Of a stretch of DNA of 64,000 nucleotides, positions 19,421 through 30,678 are shown one piece after another. How positions within the stretch are numbered: the first letter of the stretch is position 1; the number at the start of each line of letters is the position of its first letter. Source of the stretch: Pseudomonadota bacterium (lineage in GTDB: Bacteria; Pseudomonadota; Alphaproteobacteria; MPNO01; UBA2964); assembly GCA_036339375.1 (NCBI GenBank), contig JAYZBC010000078.1, positions 2,167 to 66,166 of the forward strand. The letters are read 5' to 3'. Position numbers and translations under genes: made by a program. Under the pieces are notes generated by a model. It was not told where the DNA came from. It searched no databases and was given only the letters and a program-made list of their open reading frames with translations.

Positions 19421-20109
19421 AAGCTGCAATCATTGTTTTTCCGGGTTCTAATTGTGACCGAGACGTTCGGGTCGCCTTAGAAAACAACCTCGGCATAAAA
19501 CCAAGAATGATTTGGCATAAAGAAACAGAATTATCTTTTGTAGATTTAGTTGTCTTGCCAGGCGGTTTTTCATATGGAGATTATCTGCGGGCGGGTTGCA
19601 TGGCAGCAAATTCCCCTGTGATGCGAGAAGTTGTAGAGAAGGCCAATAAGGGTGTGCCGATTCTTGGGATTTGTAACGGATTTCAAATACTATGTGAGAG
19701 TGAACTTTTACCGGGGGCGTTACTGCGTAATGCTGGTTTAAATTTTGTGTGTCGAGACGTTTATTTGAAGGTTACAAACGACAGAGCAATTTTCACTAAA
19801 GGGTATGGCCTTAATGAAGTAATCCGACTTCCAATTGCTCATCATGACGGCAATTATTTTGCTGACGAAAAAATACTAAAAAAGCTTGAAGACGAAAATA
19901 AAATCGCTTTTCGTTATTGTTCAGAGGATGGTGAATTAACAAATGATGCCAATCCAAATGGGTCCGCCAAACATATAGCAGGAATTTTGAATAATGAAGA
20001 AAACGTTTTGGGCATGATGCCCCATCCAGAGAGACTCGCGGAACCAGCCCTTGGGGGCACTGATGGCCAGGTTTTATTTGAAACAATAGCCAAAGTCCTC
20101 GGAAATTAG
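19417..20109 (+). CDS. purQ: Phosphoribosylformylglycinamidine synthase, glutaminase subunit PurQ
   Basis: Starts [16 protein letters not shown] and has the GICNGFQ catalytic Cys. Its ATG overlaps the purS stop as ATGA. Confidence 0.88.
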   Translation: MKAAIIVFPGSNCDRDVRVALENNLGIKPRMIWHKETELSFVDLVVLPGGFSYGDYLRAGCMAANSPVMREVVEKANKGVPILGICNGFQILCESELLPGALLRNAGLNFVCRDVYLKVTNDRAIFTKGYGLNEVIRLPIAHHDGNYFADEKILKKLEDENKIAFRYCSEDGELTNDANPNGSAKHIAGILNNEENVLGMMPHPERLAEPALGGTDGQVLFETIAKVLGN

Positions 20110-20119
20110 CTTTTACAAA

Positions 20120-22315
20120 ATGAAAATTACCCCCGAAATGATTACGGAGCACGGACTAACCAGTGAAGAGTTTGACCGCCTGATCCAAATTTTGGGGAGG
20201 GAACCTAACTTAGTTGAACTCGGCATTTTTTCGGTAATGTGGTCCGAACATTGTTCCTACAAGTCATCACGCCGCTGGCTACAGAAACTTCCAACAGAGG
20301 CACCTTGGGTTATCCAGGGTCCGGGTGAAAATGCTGGCGTCGTTGATATCGGTGATGGACAAGCAGCTGTTTTTAAAATGGAAAGCCACAATCATCCATC
20401 TTTTATAGAACCCTACCAAGGAGCAGCAACTGGGGTGGGTGGTATTTTAAGAGATATTTTTACGATGGGTGCACGCCCAGTATGCAACATAAATGCTTTA
20501 CGTTTTGGTGATCCTAATGAAGCTAAAACGCGGCATTTGGTCTCTGGGGTAGTGGCCGGAATCGGTGGGTATGGAAATTGCGTTGGGGTGCCAACAGTAG
20601 GTGGAGAATGTGAATTTCATAGCAGTTATGACGGCAATATTCTGGTAAATGCCATGACTGTCGGCCTAACGGAGAAAAATCGAATTTTTTACTCGGCAGC
20701 TACGGGAGTAGGCAATGCCGTAGTATACGTGGGCTCTAAAACAGGTCGGGATGGGATTCACGGCGCAACCATGGCTTCAGCCGAATTTGATGATAACTCT
20801 GAAGTTAAACGTCCCACCGTTCAGGTTGGCGATCCTTTTACTGAAAAACTTTTGATAGAGGCTTGCCTAGAGTTGATGGCTACCAACGCCATTGTTGCCA
20901 TACAAGACATGGGGGCTGCTGGTCTAACGTCCTCTTCAGTAGAAATGACTTCAAAAGGGGGAGTTGGGATTGAACTTGATATAGATATGGTTCCTGTACG
21001 CGAAGAAAAAATGACGCCATATGAGATCATGCTCTCTGAAAGCCAAGAACGAATGTTAATTGTTCTCAAGCAAGGTGCGGAAAAAAAGGCTCGCAAAATT
21101 TTTGAGAAATGGGAGCTCGATTTTTCTGTGATCGGACGATTAACTGCCACGAAACATTTGGTATTGAAAAAAGCGGAAATAATAGTAGCAGACATTCCCC
21201 TAGCACCTTTGGTATCTCAGGCACCAAATTACGATCGCAAAAGGAGTAAACCTCCCTCGCCTAAAATCTTACCCAAAGTTCTACCCAACTTTGAAACACC
21301 AATTGAAAAAGCCCTTTTGAAATTATTAGGATCTTCTGACCTTTGTTCGAAACGCTGGATTTGGGAACAATACGATCACATGGTGATGGCGGATACCGTT
21401 CAAGGCCCAGGTGGTGATGCAGCGGTAATTCGCGTCCACGGGACCGACAAAGGTTTGGCAATTACCTCAGATTGTACACCTCGTTATTGTTTTGCTGATC
21501 CAAAGGAGGGGGGAAAACAAGCAGTTGTGGAAGCCTGGCGAAATTTGATTTCAGTAGGCGCACGTCCGTTGGCGGTAACAGACAACCTTAATTTTGGAAA
21601 CCCGGAACGACCCGAAATTATGGCCCAATTCGCGGAATGTATTAGCGGAATGGCGGATGCCTGTAAAAAACTCCAATTTCCTGTTGTTTCAGGAAACGTG
21701 TCTTTTTACAACGAAACCAAAGGAAAGGCCATTTTACCGACCCCTGTCATTGGCGCAATTGGTGTAATTGACAATATAAAACAAATGACAAATCTAAAAT
21801 TGAAAAGAAAAAACGAAGCGATTGTTTTAATCGGAGAAACAAATGAGCATATAGGGGCGTCGATTTGGCTGCGCGAAATTGGAAATCTAGAGGCTGGTCC
21901 ACCACCAAAAGTTAATCTTGAATTAGAAAATAAAAATGGGAGGCAGGTTCAAAAACTAATCTCAACAGGATTAGCAACAGCATGCCATGATATTTCAGAT
22001 GGTGGGTTGTTGGTAGCCCTAGCCGAAATGGTTTTAGGCGGTAATATTGGTTGTAGCATTTCTATACCAAGGGAAATTCAATCGAAAAATGGGTGGCTTT
22101 TCGGCGAGGATCAAGGCCGGTACTTAATTACAACAAACAACCCCGAAAAGGTATTAACGCTCGCCAGGAAAGAAAAAGTATATGCTAAAAACATAGGGAA
22201 AACGGGTGGCCTTGCGTTGACAGTGAGTGGAGAGACTCCTATATCAATAAAAGAAATGCGGGTTGCACACGAAGGTTGGTTGCCAAATTTCATGGCCAAA
22301 AGTCGAACGTCTTAG
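20120..22315 (+). CDS. purL: Phosphoribosylformylglycinamidine synthase subunit PurL
   Basis: A 731-aa protein with two AIR-synthase-like domains and the [12 protein letters not shown] motif. Confidence 0.9.
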   Translation: MKITPEMITEHGLTSEEFDRLIQILGREPNLVELGIFSVMWSEHCSYKSSRRWLQKLPTEAPWVIQGPGENAGVVDIGDGQAAVFKMESHNHPSFIEPYQGAATGVGGILRDIFTMGARPVCNINALRFGDPNEAKTRHLVSGVVAGIGGYGNCVGVPTVGGECEFHSSYDGNILVNAMTVGLTEKNRIFYSAATGVGNAVVYVGSKTGRDGIHGATMASAEFDDNSEVKRPTVQVGDPFTEKLLIEACLELMATNAIVAIQDMGAAGLTSSSVEMTSKGGVGIELDIDMVPVREEKMTPYEIMLSESQERMLIVLKQGAEKKARKIFEKWELDFSVIGRLTATKHLVLKKAEIIVADIPLAPLVSQAPNYDRKRSKPPSPKILPKVLPNFETPIEKALLKLLGSSDLCSKRWIWEQYDHMVMADTVQGPGGDAAVIRVHGTDKGLAITSDCTPRYCFADPKEGGKQAVVEAWRNLISVGARPLAVTDNLNFGNPERPEIMAQFAECISGMADACKKLQFPVVSGNVSFYNETKGKAILPTPVIGAIGVIDNIKQMTNLKLKRKNEAIVLIGETNEHIGASIWLREIGNLEAGPPPKVNLELENKNGRQVQKLISTGLATACHDISDGGLLVALAEMVLGGNIGCSISIPREIQSKNGWLFGEDQGRYLITTNNPEKVLTLARKEKVYAKNIGKTGGLALTVSGETPISIKEMRVAHEGWLPNFMAKSRTS

Positions 22316-22339
22316 GGTAGACCTAGCGAGGATCAAAAT

Positions 22340-22576
22340 ATGCCAATGGACCCTGGAGAAATTGAGCGCTTGATTAAGGAAGCGCTACCAGATGCTGAAG
22401 TTACGTTAGAGGATTTAGTGGGTGATGCAGATCATTGGTCTGCCAAGATCGTCTCCGCTTCTTTTGTCGGAAAATCGCGCGTTCAGCAGCATCAGATGGT
22501 TTATAGTGCACTTAAGGGTAGAATGGGGGGTGAACTACACGCCTTAGCATTACAAACATCCCCTCCAGAGAGCTAA
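22340..22576 (+). CDS. bolA: BolA family protein
   Basis: A 78-aa protein with a BolA fold signature, sitting immediately upstream of the monothiol glutaredoxin. Confidence 0.75.
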   Translation: MPMDPGEIERLIKEALPDAEVTLEDLVGDADHWSAKIVSASFVGKSRVQQHQMVYSALKGRMGGELHALALQTSPPES

Positions 22577-22616
22577 AAACTGTCGTCGCTGACACGGTAT
22601 TTATAAACAAACGTAG

Positions 22617-22964
22617 GTGAAAGTTATGAGTCAAAATTTGACATTTGATAGAATAAAACAAGATGTTTCTGAAAATGAAATTGTATTGTTTATGAAGGGT
22701 ACACCAGTTTTTCCACAATGCGGGTTTTCCGCTACTGTTGTCCAGGTACTCACACATTTAGGGGTGCAATTTAAGGGAATAAATGTTCTTGAAGACCCTG
22801 AATTGAGGGAGGGTGTTAAGGAATATAGTAGCTGGCCCACCATACCCCAACTTTACGTTAAAGGTGAGTTTGTGGGGGGGTGTGATATAATCAGGGAAAT
22901 GTTTGAGTCTGGAGAATTAGTAGAGTTTATGAATACCAATGGTGTAGAGGTTAACCTAAAATAA
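22617..22964 (+). CDS. grxD: Monothiol glutaredoxin (Grx4 family)
   Basis: Has the CGFS active site and the WPTIPQLYV motif. Confidence 0.85.
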   Translation: MKVMSQNLTFDRIKQDVSENEIVLFMKGTPVFPQCGFSATVVQVLTHLGVQFKGINVLEDPELREGVKEYSSWPTIPQLYVKGEFVGGCDIIREMFESGELVEFMNTNGVEVNLK

Positions 22965-23008
22965 TAAGGCCTATCGTGCGAATATAACCAAGAAAATGAG
23001 GTATTTCG

Positions 23009-23410
23009 ATGGCACTCATTAAAACCAAAGGATTGGCACATTTTACCATTCCGGTAACAGACACCGTGCGCAGTCAAAAATTTTACGAAGATGTTTTGGG
23101 CATGAAATCAGTGCAAGTGAACCATGAGAGAGGGATGGTATTCATGGATTCCGGAGGGGATTGTGTAATTTTAACAAAAACAGAGAATCCGATTTCAACC
23201 GCTGAAGAACGGGACATACATCACGCTTGGGTTGTTGAACATGAGGAATATGAGGATGCCGTTAAAGCTCTAAAAGAAAATAAGAGCATAGACTTTTTGT
23301 TCGATGAGGACCGACAAGGCGGAGCTGTTAATGGGCCACGTGCTTATTTTCATGATCCTGACGGTAATGTGCTCGAAATCATCGATCTCACTAGCTATAA
23401 GGGAAACTAA
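23009..23410 (+). CDS. VOC (glyoxalase/bleomycin resistance/dioxygenase) family protein, paralog A
   Basis: A 133-aa single VOC domain with LAHFTIPV at the N-terminus and DPDGNVLEI at the C-terminus. Confidence 0.65.
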   Translation: MALIKTKGLAHFTIPVTDTVRSQKFYEDVLGMKSVQVNHERGMVFMDSGGDCVILTKTENPISTAEERDIHHAWVVEHEEYEDAVKALKENKSIDFLFDEDRQGGAVNGPRAYFHDPDGNVLEIIDLTSYKGN

Positions 23411-23820
23411 TGTCAAAACCTGACTTACAGGGGCTTGCGCATTTCAGTATTCCGGTAAGTAACATCGCCGAGAGTAAAAAGTTTTATACTGAAATTGTCG
23501 GTTGCCGCCATCTTTTCACCACACCTCCAGAAAACATGTCTTTCCTCGACGCAGGTGGGATGTGCATTATCTTGTGTCAACGTGAAGCCCCAATCAATCC
23601 GATGTTGGATGACCACAACGGCGTGCATCATTCCTTTATGCTCAAGTCAGAGGAATTCGAGGCAGCTTTGATCCATCTGCGGGAAAATAACGTTGAGATT
23701 TTTTTTGAGGAAGACCGACAAGGCGGAGTTGTCAACGGTCCGCGCTGTTACTTCCGAGACCCAGACGGAACAGTCCTGGAATTTATTGATTTAACAAACT
23801 ATTCCGGAGCGCAACAATAA
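23410..23820 (+). CDS. VOC family protein, paralog B
   Basis: A 136-aa protein about 50% identical to paralog A. Its start overlaps the paralog A stop as TAATG. Confidence 0.65.
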   Translation: MSKPDLQGLAHFSIPVSNIAESKKFYTEIVGCRHLFTTPPENMSFLDAGGMCIILCQREAPINPMLDDHNGVHHSFMLKSEEFEAALIHLRENNVEIFFEEDRQGGVVNGPRCYFRDPDGTVLEFIDLTNYSGAQQ

Positions 23821-23824
23821 ATAA

Positions 23825-23844
23825 GAGAAAAAAGCCTTTTTCTC
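23825..23844. terminator. Weak AT-rich hairpin (GAGAAAAA-AGCC-TTTTTCTC) between convergent VOC and rpsD genes
   Basis: An 8-bp perfect stem with a 4-nt loop. The low GC makes this a tentative call. Confidence 0.3.
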
Positions 23845-23857
23845 CAAATGACCCCTG

Positions 23858-24475
23858 CTAACGAGAATAGAATTCGATAACTAAATTTGGCTCCATTTGG
23901 ACAGGATAAGGTACATCTCCTAATACCGGTGTACGAGTCAAGCTCCCTTTCATAATGCGATGGTCAACGTCGATGTAGTCTGGTACATCCCGTTCCGGGC
24001 TATCTATAGCATCCAGGACCATTGGAACTTCGCGTGATTTTTCTTTTACCTCTATAACATCACCTTCCTTTACACGATAAGAAGGTATATTAACACGCTT
24101 CCCATTAACGCGAATATGGCCGTGGTTGATGAACTGCCGAGCGGCAAACACAGTCGGTACAAATTTCATACGGTAGATGACTGCATCAAGACGTTTCTCT
24201 AATAATCCAATCAAATTTTCAGATGTATCTCCCTTTCGGCGCAAAGCTTCTTCGTAAACCCGACGAAATTGTTTTTCAGTAATATTACCGTAATATCCCT
24301 TTAACTGCTGTTTTGCATTCAGCTGCGTCCCAAAATCTGATGGTTTTCTGCGTCGTGATTGACCGTGTTCACCCGGTCGATATTCACGGCTATTAAAGGG
24401 AGACTTAGGCCGACCCCAAAGATTACACATTAAACGTCGATTTATTTTATACTTTGCACTGATCCTTTTGCTCAT
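23858..24475 (-). CDS. rpsD: 30S ribosomal protein S4
   Basis: A 205-aa protein with the S4 N-terminal domain and the S4 RNA-binding domain. Confidence 0.9.
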   Translation of the reverse strand: MSKRISAKYKINRRLMCNLWGRPKSPFNSREYRPGEHGQSRRRKPSDFGTQLNAKQQLKGYYGNITEKQFRRVYEEALRRKGDTSENLIGLLEKRLDAVIYRMKFVPTVFAARQFINHGHIRVNGKRVNIPSYRVKEGDVIEVKEKSREVPMVLDAIDSPERDVPDYIDVDHRIMKGSLTRTPVLGDVPYPVQMEPNLVIEFYSR

Positions 24476-24615
24476 GCTTTTTTTATCCTAGTTTTTTTCT
24501 TTTTGTCCCGATAGTCCGGCCCGGTAATCCAGGGGCGTGGTCTAAAACCCCACATTCTCGGAAGTGGTGGCGCACTATAGGGAATTAAATTTTAAAGTAA
24601 AGGTAAAAGCCATAA

Positions 24616-26244
24616 CTATGCCGCCTCTTCTTTCCCAACCTCATTATTTTCCAAGATCGTTTCCGATATTTTTTCTGCCATCATTATGACACAAGCATTT
24701 GTGTGTGCTGAAATCAAATCAGGCATTGCAGCAGCATCTACAACGCGTAACCCTTGCATGCCACGAACCCGGCATTCAGGATCTAAAACCGATTCTGGAC
24801 CCTGCCCCATTGGACAAGTACACGTTGGATGCTCAACCGTAACAACCGTATTACGAATAAACTCATCAATCTCGTCATCTGTTTTGATAGCGGGTCCAGG
24901 TTCTAATTCTTCCCCACGATAAGGATCCATTGGACTTTGGTAAGCGACCTCCCTTGCACGCTTAAAACCCTCCCTAAGCCGAGGTAAGTCATCGGGTGCA
25001 GAAAAGAAATTAAAAAACACACGGACAGGGTCTAGCGGATTGTCAGAACGAAGAAGCACCTCGCCCCGGCTATCAGGATGCAATAAAACAGGTCTGATAC
25101 CATACCCATCTTCATAAGGGCGCTTAATTCCAGGAAACCATACTCCCGCGTGAGGCGGTATCCCCCTAAACAAAAACTCTATGTCTGGCACAGCCAATTC
25201 GGGTCGTGTTTTGATAAAAGCGTGCATTCCTCCCGGAACCACGGTAGCGGGCCCGGTCCCGAAGAGGTAAGCACGAACCATACTTAAAGCAACTCGATCA
25301 AAACGGAGGTCTTCACGGAACTTACTCGTATTTTTTGGCCGCGAAAAAAACGTCGAAGCTGTGAGGTGATCCTGAAGATTTTTTCCAACCGGTAGATCAA
25401 GGACAGGTTCTATTCCGACTTCCTTCAAATGGTCAGCAGGGCCAATCCCCGATAACATTAAAAGTTGGGGGGAATTGAAAACGCCGCCAGAAAGTATCAC
25501 TTCCCGGGTTGCAACGGCTTCGACGACATTTCTTCCTTTTATATACTCAACTCCCACGGCTTGGGATCCTTGCAACAATACACGGCTAGTATGAGCACGA
25601 GTAATCACCGTCAGATTGTTTCGCCTATTCGCTGGACGTAAGAACGCCACAGCGGAAGAACAGCGTTTTCCATTTTTGATGGTATATTGACTTCGGCCAA
25701 ATCCTTCCTGCATCACACCGTTGTAATCCTCCGTAAAGGCATAACCAGCTGCCTTACCAGCTTCTATCCAAGCATCAAATAATGGGTCTTGAGTTTTCGC
25801 CCAAGTCGTCCCGAGAGGTCCTGCACCGCCACGCCGATCATCTTCACCGCCCTCCCAAGCTTCACAACGCTTGAAATATGGCAACACATCAGAATAAGAC
25901 CACCCTAAAGCCCCCTTTTGCGCCCACCGGTCATAATCTCCGGGATGCCCTCGTGTGTAAGCCATGACATTGACGGAACTGGAACCCCCAATCACTTTAC
26001 CCCTTTTTATATTCAAAATGCGGCCATTCAGCCCAGCATCGGGCTCAGCTTTGTATTTCCAGTCATGTAGCTGGTGCTCATGCATTTTACCCATACCGAT
26101 GGGAATATGGATGAGTGGATCTATGTCGTGCCCGCCAGCCTCGAGCAATAAAACGCGGATGGATGGGTCTGCGCTCAAGCGGTTTGCGAGGACACATCCT
26201 GCCGAACCAGCGCCGACAATGATAAAGTCAAATTCTTGGGGCAT
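24616..26244 (-). CDS. GMC family oxidoreductase (choline/alcohol dehydrogenase-like)
   Basis: Has the [23 protein letters not shown]-binding motif and a GMC C-terminal domain with catalytic His. The start is taken at the MPQEFDF Met. Confidence 0.8.
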   Translation of the reverse strand: MPQEFDFIIVGAGSAGCVLANRLSADPSIRVLLLEAGGHDIDPLIHIPIGMGKMHEHQLHDWKYKAEPDAGLNGRILNIKRGKVIGGSSSVNVMAYTRGHPGDYDRWAQKGALGWSYSDVLPYFKRCEAWEGGEDDRRGGAGPLGTTWAKTQDPLFDAWIEAGKAAGYAFTEDYNGVMQEGFGRSQYTIKNGKRCSSAVAFLRPANRRNNLTVITRAHTSRVLLQGSQAVGVEYIKGRNVVEAVATREVILSGGVFNSPQLLMLSGIGPADHLKEVGIEPVLDLPVGKNLQDHLTASTFFSRPKNTSKFREDLRFDRVALSMVRAYLFGTGPATVVPGGMHAFIKTRPELAVPDIEFLFRGIPPHAGVWFPGIKRPYEDGYGIRPVLLHPDSRGEVLLRSDNPLDPVRVFFNFFSAPDDLPRLREGFKRAREVAYQSPMDPYRGEELEPGPAIKTDDEIDEFIRNTVVTVEHPTCTCPMGQGPESVLDPECRVRGMQGLRVVDAAAMPDLISAHTNACVIMMAEKISETILENNEVGKEEAA

Positions 26245-26495
26245 ATCTAACCTTAAATTACAAACAAAATATATTTTCCAAAGAAATTGAAACAATCATA
26301 CCCAACATGTTGTAATCCTTTTCAATTTTTAAAAAAAACATTTCGCCTGAGATGTTTTCAAAATTTTTTCCAAAACCCTCTCTTCAGTTTAATCTTGAAT
26401 CCAGGAGATACCAACCTAAGATCCATATCTTTTCTTATCCTTTTGCTGAAACCATTCTATAGGTTATTCTTTAAGTGAATTTTAGGAGCCACACG

Positions 26496-27743
26496 ATGGA
26501 AAGTATAAATTTAAGCGACCCCACGCCATTTACTTGGGCCACAAATGATTTTTCTCAAGTACCCTTCCGCGTTTACACAGATCCTGAAATTTATGAACGA
26601 GAGCAAAATTTTTTGTTCCAGGGTCGAACTTGGCATTTTCTGTGTCTAGAAGTCGAGTTACCAAACCAAGGCGACTACAAAATGACCCAAATCGGTGATG
26701 CCCCCATCATTGTAGTCAGGGATGAAAAGGGTGACATCAACGCACTAGTCAACCGTTGTGCCCATAAAGGATCGTTGGTTTGCTATAAGCCACGCGGCAA
26801 CATCAAAGAGTTTGCATGTATATACCATAATTGGACCTATGATCTTCGTGGAAAACTTACCGGAGTGGCGTTTTCTCGAGGCGTAGGCGGCAAAGGCGGA
26901 CTAACCCAAGAATTTAAACACAGCGAACATAATTTGGAAAAAATTAGAGTGGAAATTTGCCGGGGGCTAGTGATGGGAACATTTAGTGAAGAAACCCCCA
27001 GTTTTGCCCAATATATAGGACCCGAATTATTGGCCAGTATAGACCGGGTTTTTATCAAACCTCTTAAGGTACTCGGCTACCATAGCCAAATTCTCCCCAA
27101 CAACTGGAAGCTTTATGTAGAAAACAACAAGGATTCGTATCATGCAAGCCTCCTACATGTTTTTCACAACACATTTGGTGTTGTGCGACCAACTATGGGT
27201 GGTGGAATAAAAATTAGCGAGAGCGGATGGCATCACTTAAGTTATACAGAGCGAACAGAAATTAAGGATGATGAAATAGGTAAAGAAAAAGTCCGTTCAC
27301 TCAACGACCAATATAAACTTGCTGATTCATCAATGATGAGACACGAACTTGAACTTGGAGACACCATTACAAATTCAATTCAAACCGTTTTTCCGACTTT
27401 AGTTATCCAACAAATTTTAAACGCCTTGGCTGTCCGCCAGTTGATACCACGCGGGGTCAATAAAAGTGAACTACTTTGGACAGTTTTGGGTTTTGAAGAC
27501 GACAGTGCGGAAATTAAAGAATTGAGGCTCAAGGTAAATAATCTAGTTGGGCCAGCAGGGTTTATTTCTATGGAGGATGGATGCGTTGGTGGGTTTATAC
27601 AAAAAGCTGCGAAGGCAGATGTCGAAGCTAAAACCGTTCTCCCTATGGGAGGAACAACTATTGCGCCGAGCAAAGGTTCTCGAGTGACAGAAGCTGCCGT
27701 ACGTGGATTTTGGAAGGGTTGGCGTGAATGCATGAAACTTTAA
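26496..27743 (+). CDS. Rieske non-heme iron ring-hydroxylating oxygenase, alpha subunit
   Basis: Carries the Rieske CAHKG..CIYHNW motif and a catalytic-domain His/Asp. The ATG follows an AGGAG. Confidence 0.8.
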   Translation: MESINLSDPTPFTWATNDFSQVPFRVYTDPEIYEREQNFLFQGRTWHFLCLEVELPNQGDYKMTQIGDAPIIVVRDEKGDINALVNRCAHKGSLVCYKPRGNIKEFACIYHNWTYDLRGKLTGVAFSRGVGGKGGLTQEFKHSEHNLEKIRVEICRGLVMGTFSEETPSFAQYIGPELLASIDRVFIKPLKVLGYHSQILPNNWKLYVENNKDSYHASLLHVFHNTFGVVRPTMGGGIKISESGWHHLSYTERTEIKDDEIGKEKVRSLNDQYKLADSSMMRHELELGDTITNSIQTVFPTLVIQQILNALAVRQLIPRGVNKSELLWTVLGFEDDSAEIKELRLKVNNLVGPAGFISMEDGCVGGFIQKAAKADVEAKTVLPMGGTTIAPSKGSRVTEAAVRGFWKGWRECMKL

Positions 27744-27756
27744 GGAGCAATGTATA

Positions 27757-28251
27757 ATGTCGAGTATATCGAAAATCGACAAAAAATTACCAATACGCCT
27801 ACGCATTGAGGCTTTAATAGCTGATTACATTCATTGTATTGATGAGGATCAATTGGAGGACTGGCCCGAATTTTTTACTGAGGACGCCCAATATCGAGTT
27901 TTTACACGTGAAAATTTTGACCTCAAACTTCCGGTTGCCCTTATTTACTGCGACGGTCGAGGCATGCTCAAAGATCGTATTTCCGCCTTACGGACGGCCA
28001 ATATTTTTGAACCGCACGTTTATTGTCATCTGACAAGTGCAATTAAATTGTTAGAAAATGAAAATAAAATGCAACGTATACAATCAAATTTTACAGTCAT
28101 TAGAACCATGTCAGAAGGAGATATGACAATTTTTGCTTGCGGCAAAACCTTTGACACAATTGTCGAAATAGATGGCGTGCTGAAATTTAAAAAGAGGGAT
28201 ATAATTCTCGACTCAAGACGAATCGACACACTTCTGGTTGTTCCCATTTAG
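27757..28251 (+). CDS. Ring-hydroxylating oxygenase beta subunit (SnoaL-like)
   Basis: A 164-aa protein lying 13 bp downstream of the alpha subunit. Confidence 0.7.
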   Translation: MSSISKIDKKLPIRLRIEALIADYIHCIDEDQLEDWPEFFTEDAQYRVFTRENFDLKLPVALIYCDGRGMLKDRISALRTANIFEPHVYCHLTSAIKLLENENKMQRIQSNFTVIRTMSEGDMTIFACGKTFDTIVEIDGVLKFKKRDIILDSRRIDTLLVVPI

Positions 28252-28259
28252 GCTTTCCA

Positions 28260-28787
28260 GTGATTTATTCTTTAGGTTTGAGGACAATAGAAACTGAAAG
28301 CAATCAGTTTTATGTTGCGCCGAGTGCTAATTTGATTGGCAATGTGCGGCTTGGTAATCACGCAAGTATTTGGTGGAATGCGGTCTTACGTGCTGATAAT
28401 GAACCCATTACGATAGGTAAACAAACCAATGTTCAAGACGGTTGCATCCTCCACACAGATCCTGGATTCCCAATTGAAATTGGTGCCAACGTATCAATAG
28501 GGCATTTGTGTATGTTGCATGGTTGTGTTATTGGCGATGGTAGCCTCGTTGGCATTGGAAGTATTATCTTAAACGGGGCTAAAGTTGGGAAAAACTGTTT
28601 GATAGGAGCCAATTCTTTAATCACAGAGGGTAAAATAATACCAGAAAACTCCTTAATCATGGGCTCTCCCGGCAAGGTTATTCGTCAGGTCAATGATAAC
28701 GACCTCAGCCAAATGAGACACAATGTTCGAAGTTATGTAAAACGCTCAAAATTATATCATGAGACTTTAAAACCATCCAAAATATGA
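28260..28787 (+). CDS. Gamma-carbonic-anhydrase-like / hexapeptide-repeat (LbH) protein
   Basis: Has left-handed beta-helix hexapeptide repeats and gamma-CA/PaaY-like His ligands. Confidence 0.7.
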   Translation: MIYSLGLRTIETESNQFYVAPSANLIGNVRLGNHASIWWNAVLRADNEPITIGKQTNVQDGCILHTDPGFPIEIGANVSIGHLCMLHGCVIGDGSLVGIGSIILNGAKVGKNCLIGANSLITEGKIIPENSLIMGSPGKVIRQVNDNDLSQMRHNVRSYVKRSKLYHETLKPSKI

Positions 28788-28815
28788 TAAAACCTGCACT
28801 CAAGGATATTCCATC

Positions 28816-29844
28816 ATGACCATAGATGCCCACGCCCATTGGCGCCCACCGGCACTCATTGAAGCACTGAGAGAAAGAAGACAAAAACCCCATATTCGGG
28901 AAAATAATTCGGGTGTGGATGTCTTGCTGGATGGAACTCGAGAAATACCCATAACAGAAGCCTTTGATGATATTGACATTCGACTCGCTGAAATGGACAA
29001 ACATAGTATCAGCACCGGAATTTTATCTCTTTTAAGTGCTTTTACCTGGATTGAAAGATTGCCGCTAGATTCATCAATTCCCCTGGCAGAGTTATACAAC
29101 AACGGCATGTCAGAAATTTGCAAAAGTCATGAAGGGCGTTTTGCTGCCTTTGCGTCTTTACCATTAGCCAATTTTAGTGCCGCTGCTTTGGAATTTGAAC
29201 GTGCCCTTGGGCTTCCGGGCATCGTAGGTGCTCAAGTTCCAGGCAATGCTTTTCTTACCCTCAATGATGCAAACCAATTTAGCCCGATACTAGAAGTTGC
29301 CAACAAACATCGAGCAGTCATTTTTATTCATTTTGGTCCACGTCCTGGAGATAATTGGCCAAGGGTCCCTAAAAATACAGACAATTTACGTCGTCGAATT
29401 GGAACCCTTGATATGCAAGCAAGTTTGTCTTCCAACATGGTGACATTATGTATGACAGATTTCCTTAAACCCTACCCAAATGCCAAAATATTGATACACA
29501 ATCTTGGTGGAAATATCCCATATGAAGTTGAACGAATGGATCACCGATCCCTTCTCGATACGCCAGAAGAGCTCCTTCCATCAAAACGTTTTTTTGAATC
29601 CAAAGTTTTTGTCGATTGTAATTCTCTAGGGCCCCGAGCAATTGAAGCAGGAGTTCGAGCCTATGGTGAAGACAGAATAGTATTTGGTACAGACGGGACG
29701 GAATTTGGTAGTGAATGGTCTAATAAAGCCGTTACAGATGCAAACATCGGGGATGTGGCTCGTTATAAAATTTTGCACCAAAATGCAGAAAATATGATTG
29801 GTGATTTGGTCCAATTAACCAGCCCCGCAGAAGCAGCTGAATAA
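28816..29844 (+). CDS. Amidohydrolase_2 family protein (ACMSD/LigW-type metal-dependent hydrolase/decarboxylase)
   Basis: Starts IDAHAHW with an N-terminal HxH, and has further metal ligands at the C-terminus. Confidence 0.65.
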   Translation: MTIDAHAHWRPPALIEALRERRQKPHIRENNSGVDVLLDGTREIPITEAFDDIDIRLAEMDKHSISTGILSLLSAFTWIERLPLDSSIPLAELYNNGMSEICKSHEGRFAAFASLPLANFSAAALEFERALGLPGIVGAQVPGNAFLTLNDANQFSPILEVANKHRAVIFIHFGPRPGDNWPRVPKNTDNLRRRIGTLDMQASLSSNMVTLCMTDFLKPYPNAKILIHNLGGNIPYEVERMDHRSLLDTPEELLPSKRFFESKVFVDCNSLGPRAIEAGVRAYGEDRIVFGTDGTEFGSEWSNKAVTDANIGDVARYKILHQNAENMIGDLVQLTSPAEAAE

Positions 29845-29852
29845 ACTTTAAG

Positions 29853-30641
29853 TCAGTCCAACTGTTTGTTTTCCTTTGAGAGTGCGGCAATTATACCTCG
29901 GAGGGTCCTCACTTCTTGATCAGTTAATTTGGCCCGGTTAAAAATATTGCGGATGTTACGTACCATCCTTGGCCGTTTTTCCTGTACACGGAGAAAGCCA
30001 CTATCGTCTAATTCGTTTTCCAAATGATTGTAAAAAGCAATAATATCCTCCTGGCTGGCTGGAACTGCACCATACCCTTTTCTGCGGATTGTCTTTGGAA
30101 GCGATAAAGGAGCTGCTGTATACCATTCATAACCAACCAACAAGACAGACTGTGCAAGATTTAAGGAAGAAAACGAAGGGTTTGTTGGTAATGTTACCAA
30201 GGTGTCAGCTAAAGCGATTTCATCATTGTGTAAACCCGACCGCTCGGCACCAAACAAAACTCCACACTTTTCACCATTTAATATCGCCTTTCTCATTGTT
30301 AATGCCCAATCCCTTGGGCCTGCGACCTTTTTTATCATATCCCGTAAACGCGCTGTCGTCGCGCCAACGCGATGAAGATCAGAAATTGCCTCTTCCGTTT
30401 TCGCAAACTTTTTCGCATTTTTAATTACCGTGTGAGCACCGGAGGAAGCATTAATGGCTTTAGAACTCTCCCATTTACATTTTGGACGGACGAGTCTTAA
30501 TTCCGTGAGACCAAAGTTCATCATGGCCCTTGCTACCATTCCGACATTCTCAGCCAATGAGGTTTCCACCAAAATGACTACTGGACCGTTAGTAGAAGTG
30601 TCCTTATGTGCATCGCGTTTGGTCGGTTTACAATCAACCAT
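29853..30641 (-). CDS. SpoU/TrmH family RNA 2'-O-methyltransferase
   Basis: Shows SPOUT-fold motifs (LVTLPTNPSFSSLNLAQSV). Family-level assignment only. Confidence 0.7.
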   Translation of the reverse strand: MVDCKPTKRDAHKDTSTNGPVVILVETSLAENVGMVARAMMNFGLTELRLVRPKCKWESSKAINASSGAHTVIKNAKKFAKTEEAISDLHRVGATTARLRDMIKKVAGPRDWALTMRKAILNGEKCGVLFGAERSGLHNDEIALADTLVTLPTNPSFSSLNLAQSVLLVGYEWYTAAPLSLPKTIRRKGYGAVPASQEDIIAFYNHLENELDDSGFLRVQEKRPRMVRNIRNIFNRAKLTDQEVRTLRGIIAALSKENKQLD

Positions 30642-30678
30642 TTACCCTCCCAGCCCAGCGAACATCTGATTTTTACTG

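Noticed and set aside
24476-24615. Possible S4 (rpsD) autoregulatory leader structure or ncRNA in the GMC-rpsD spacer
   Set aside because: Only short GGGG/CCCC complementarity is visible, and there is no convincing pseudoknot or hairpin. The alphaproteobacterial rpsD is monocistronic, and I cannot support a structured element by eye.
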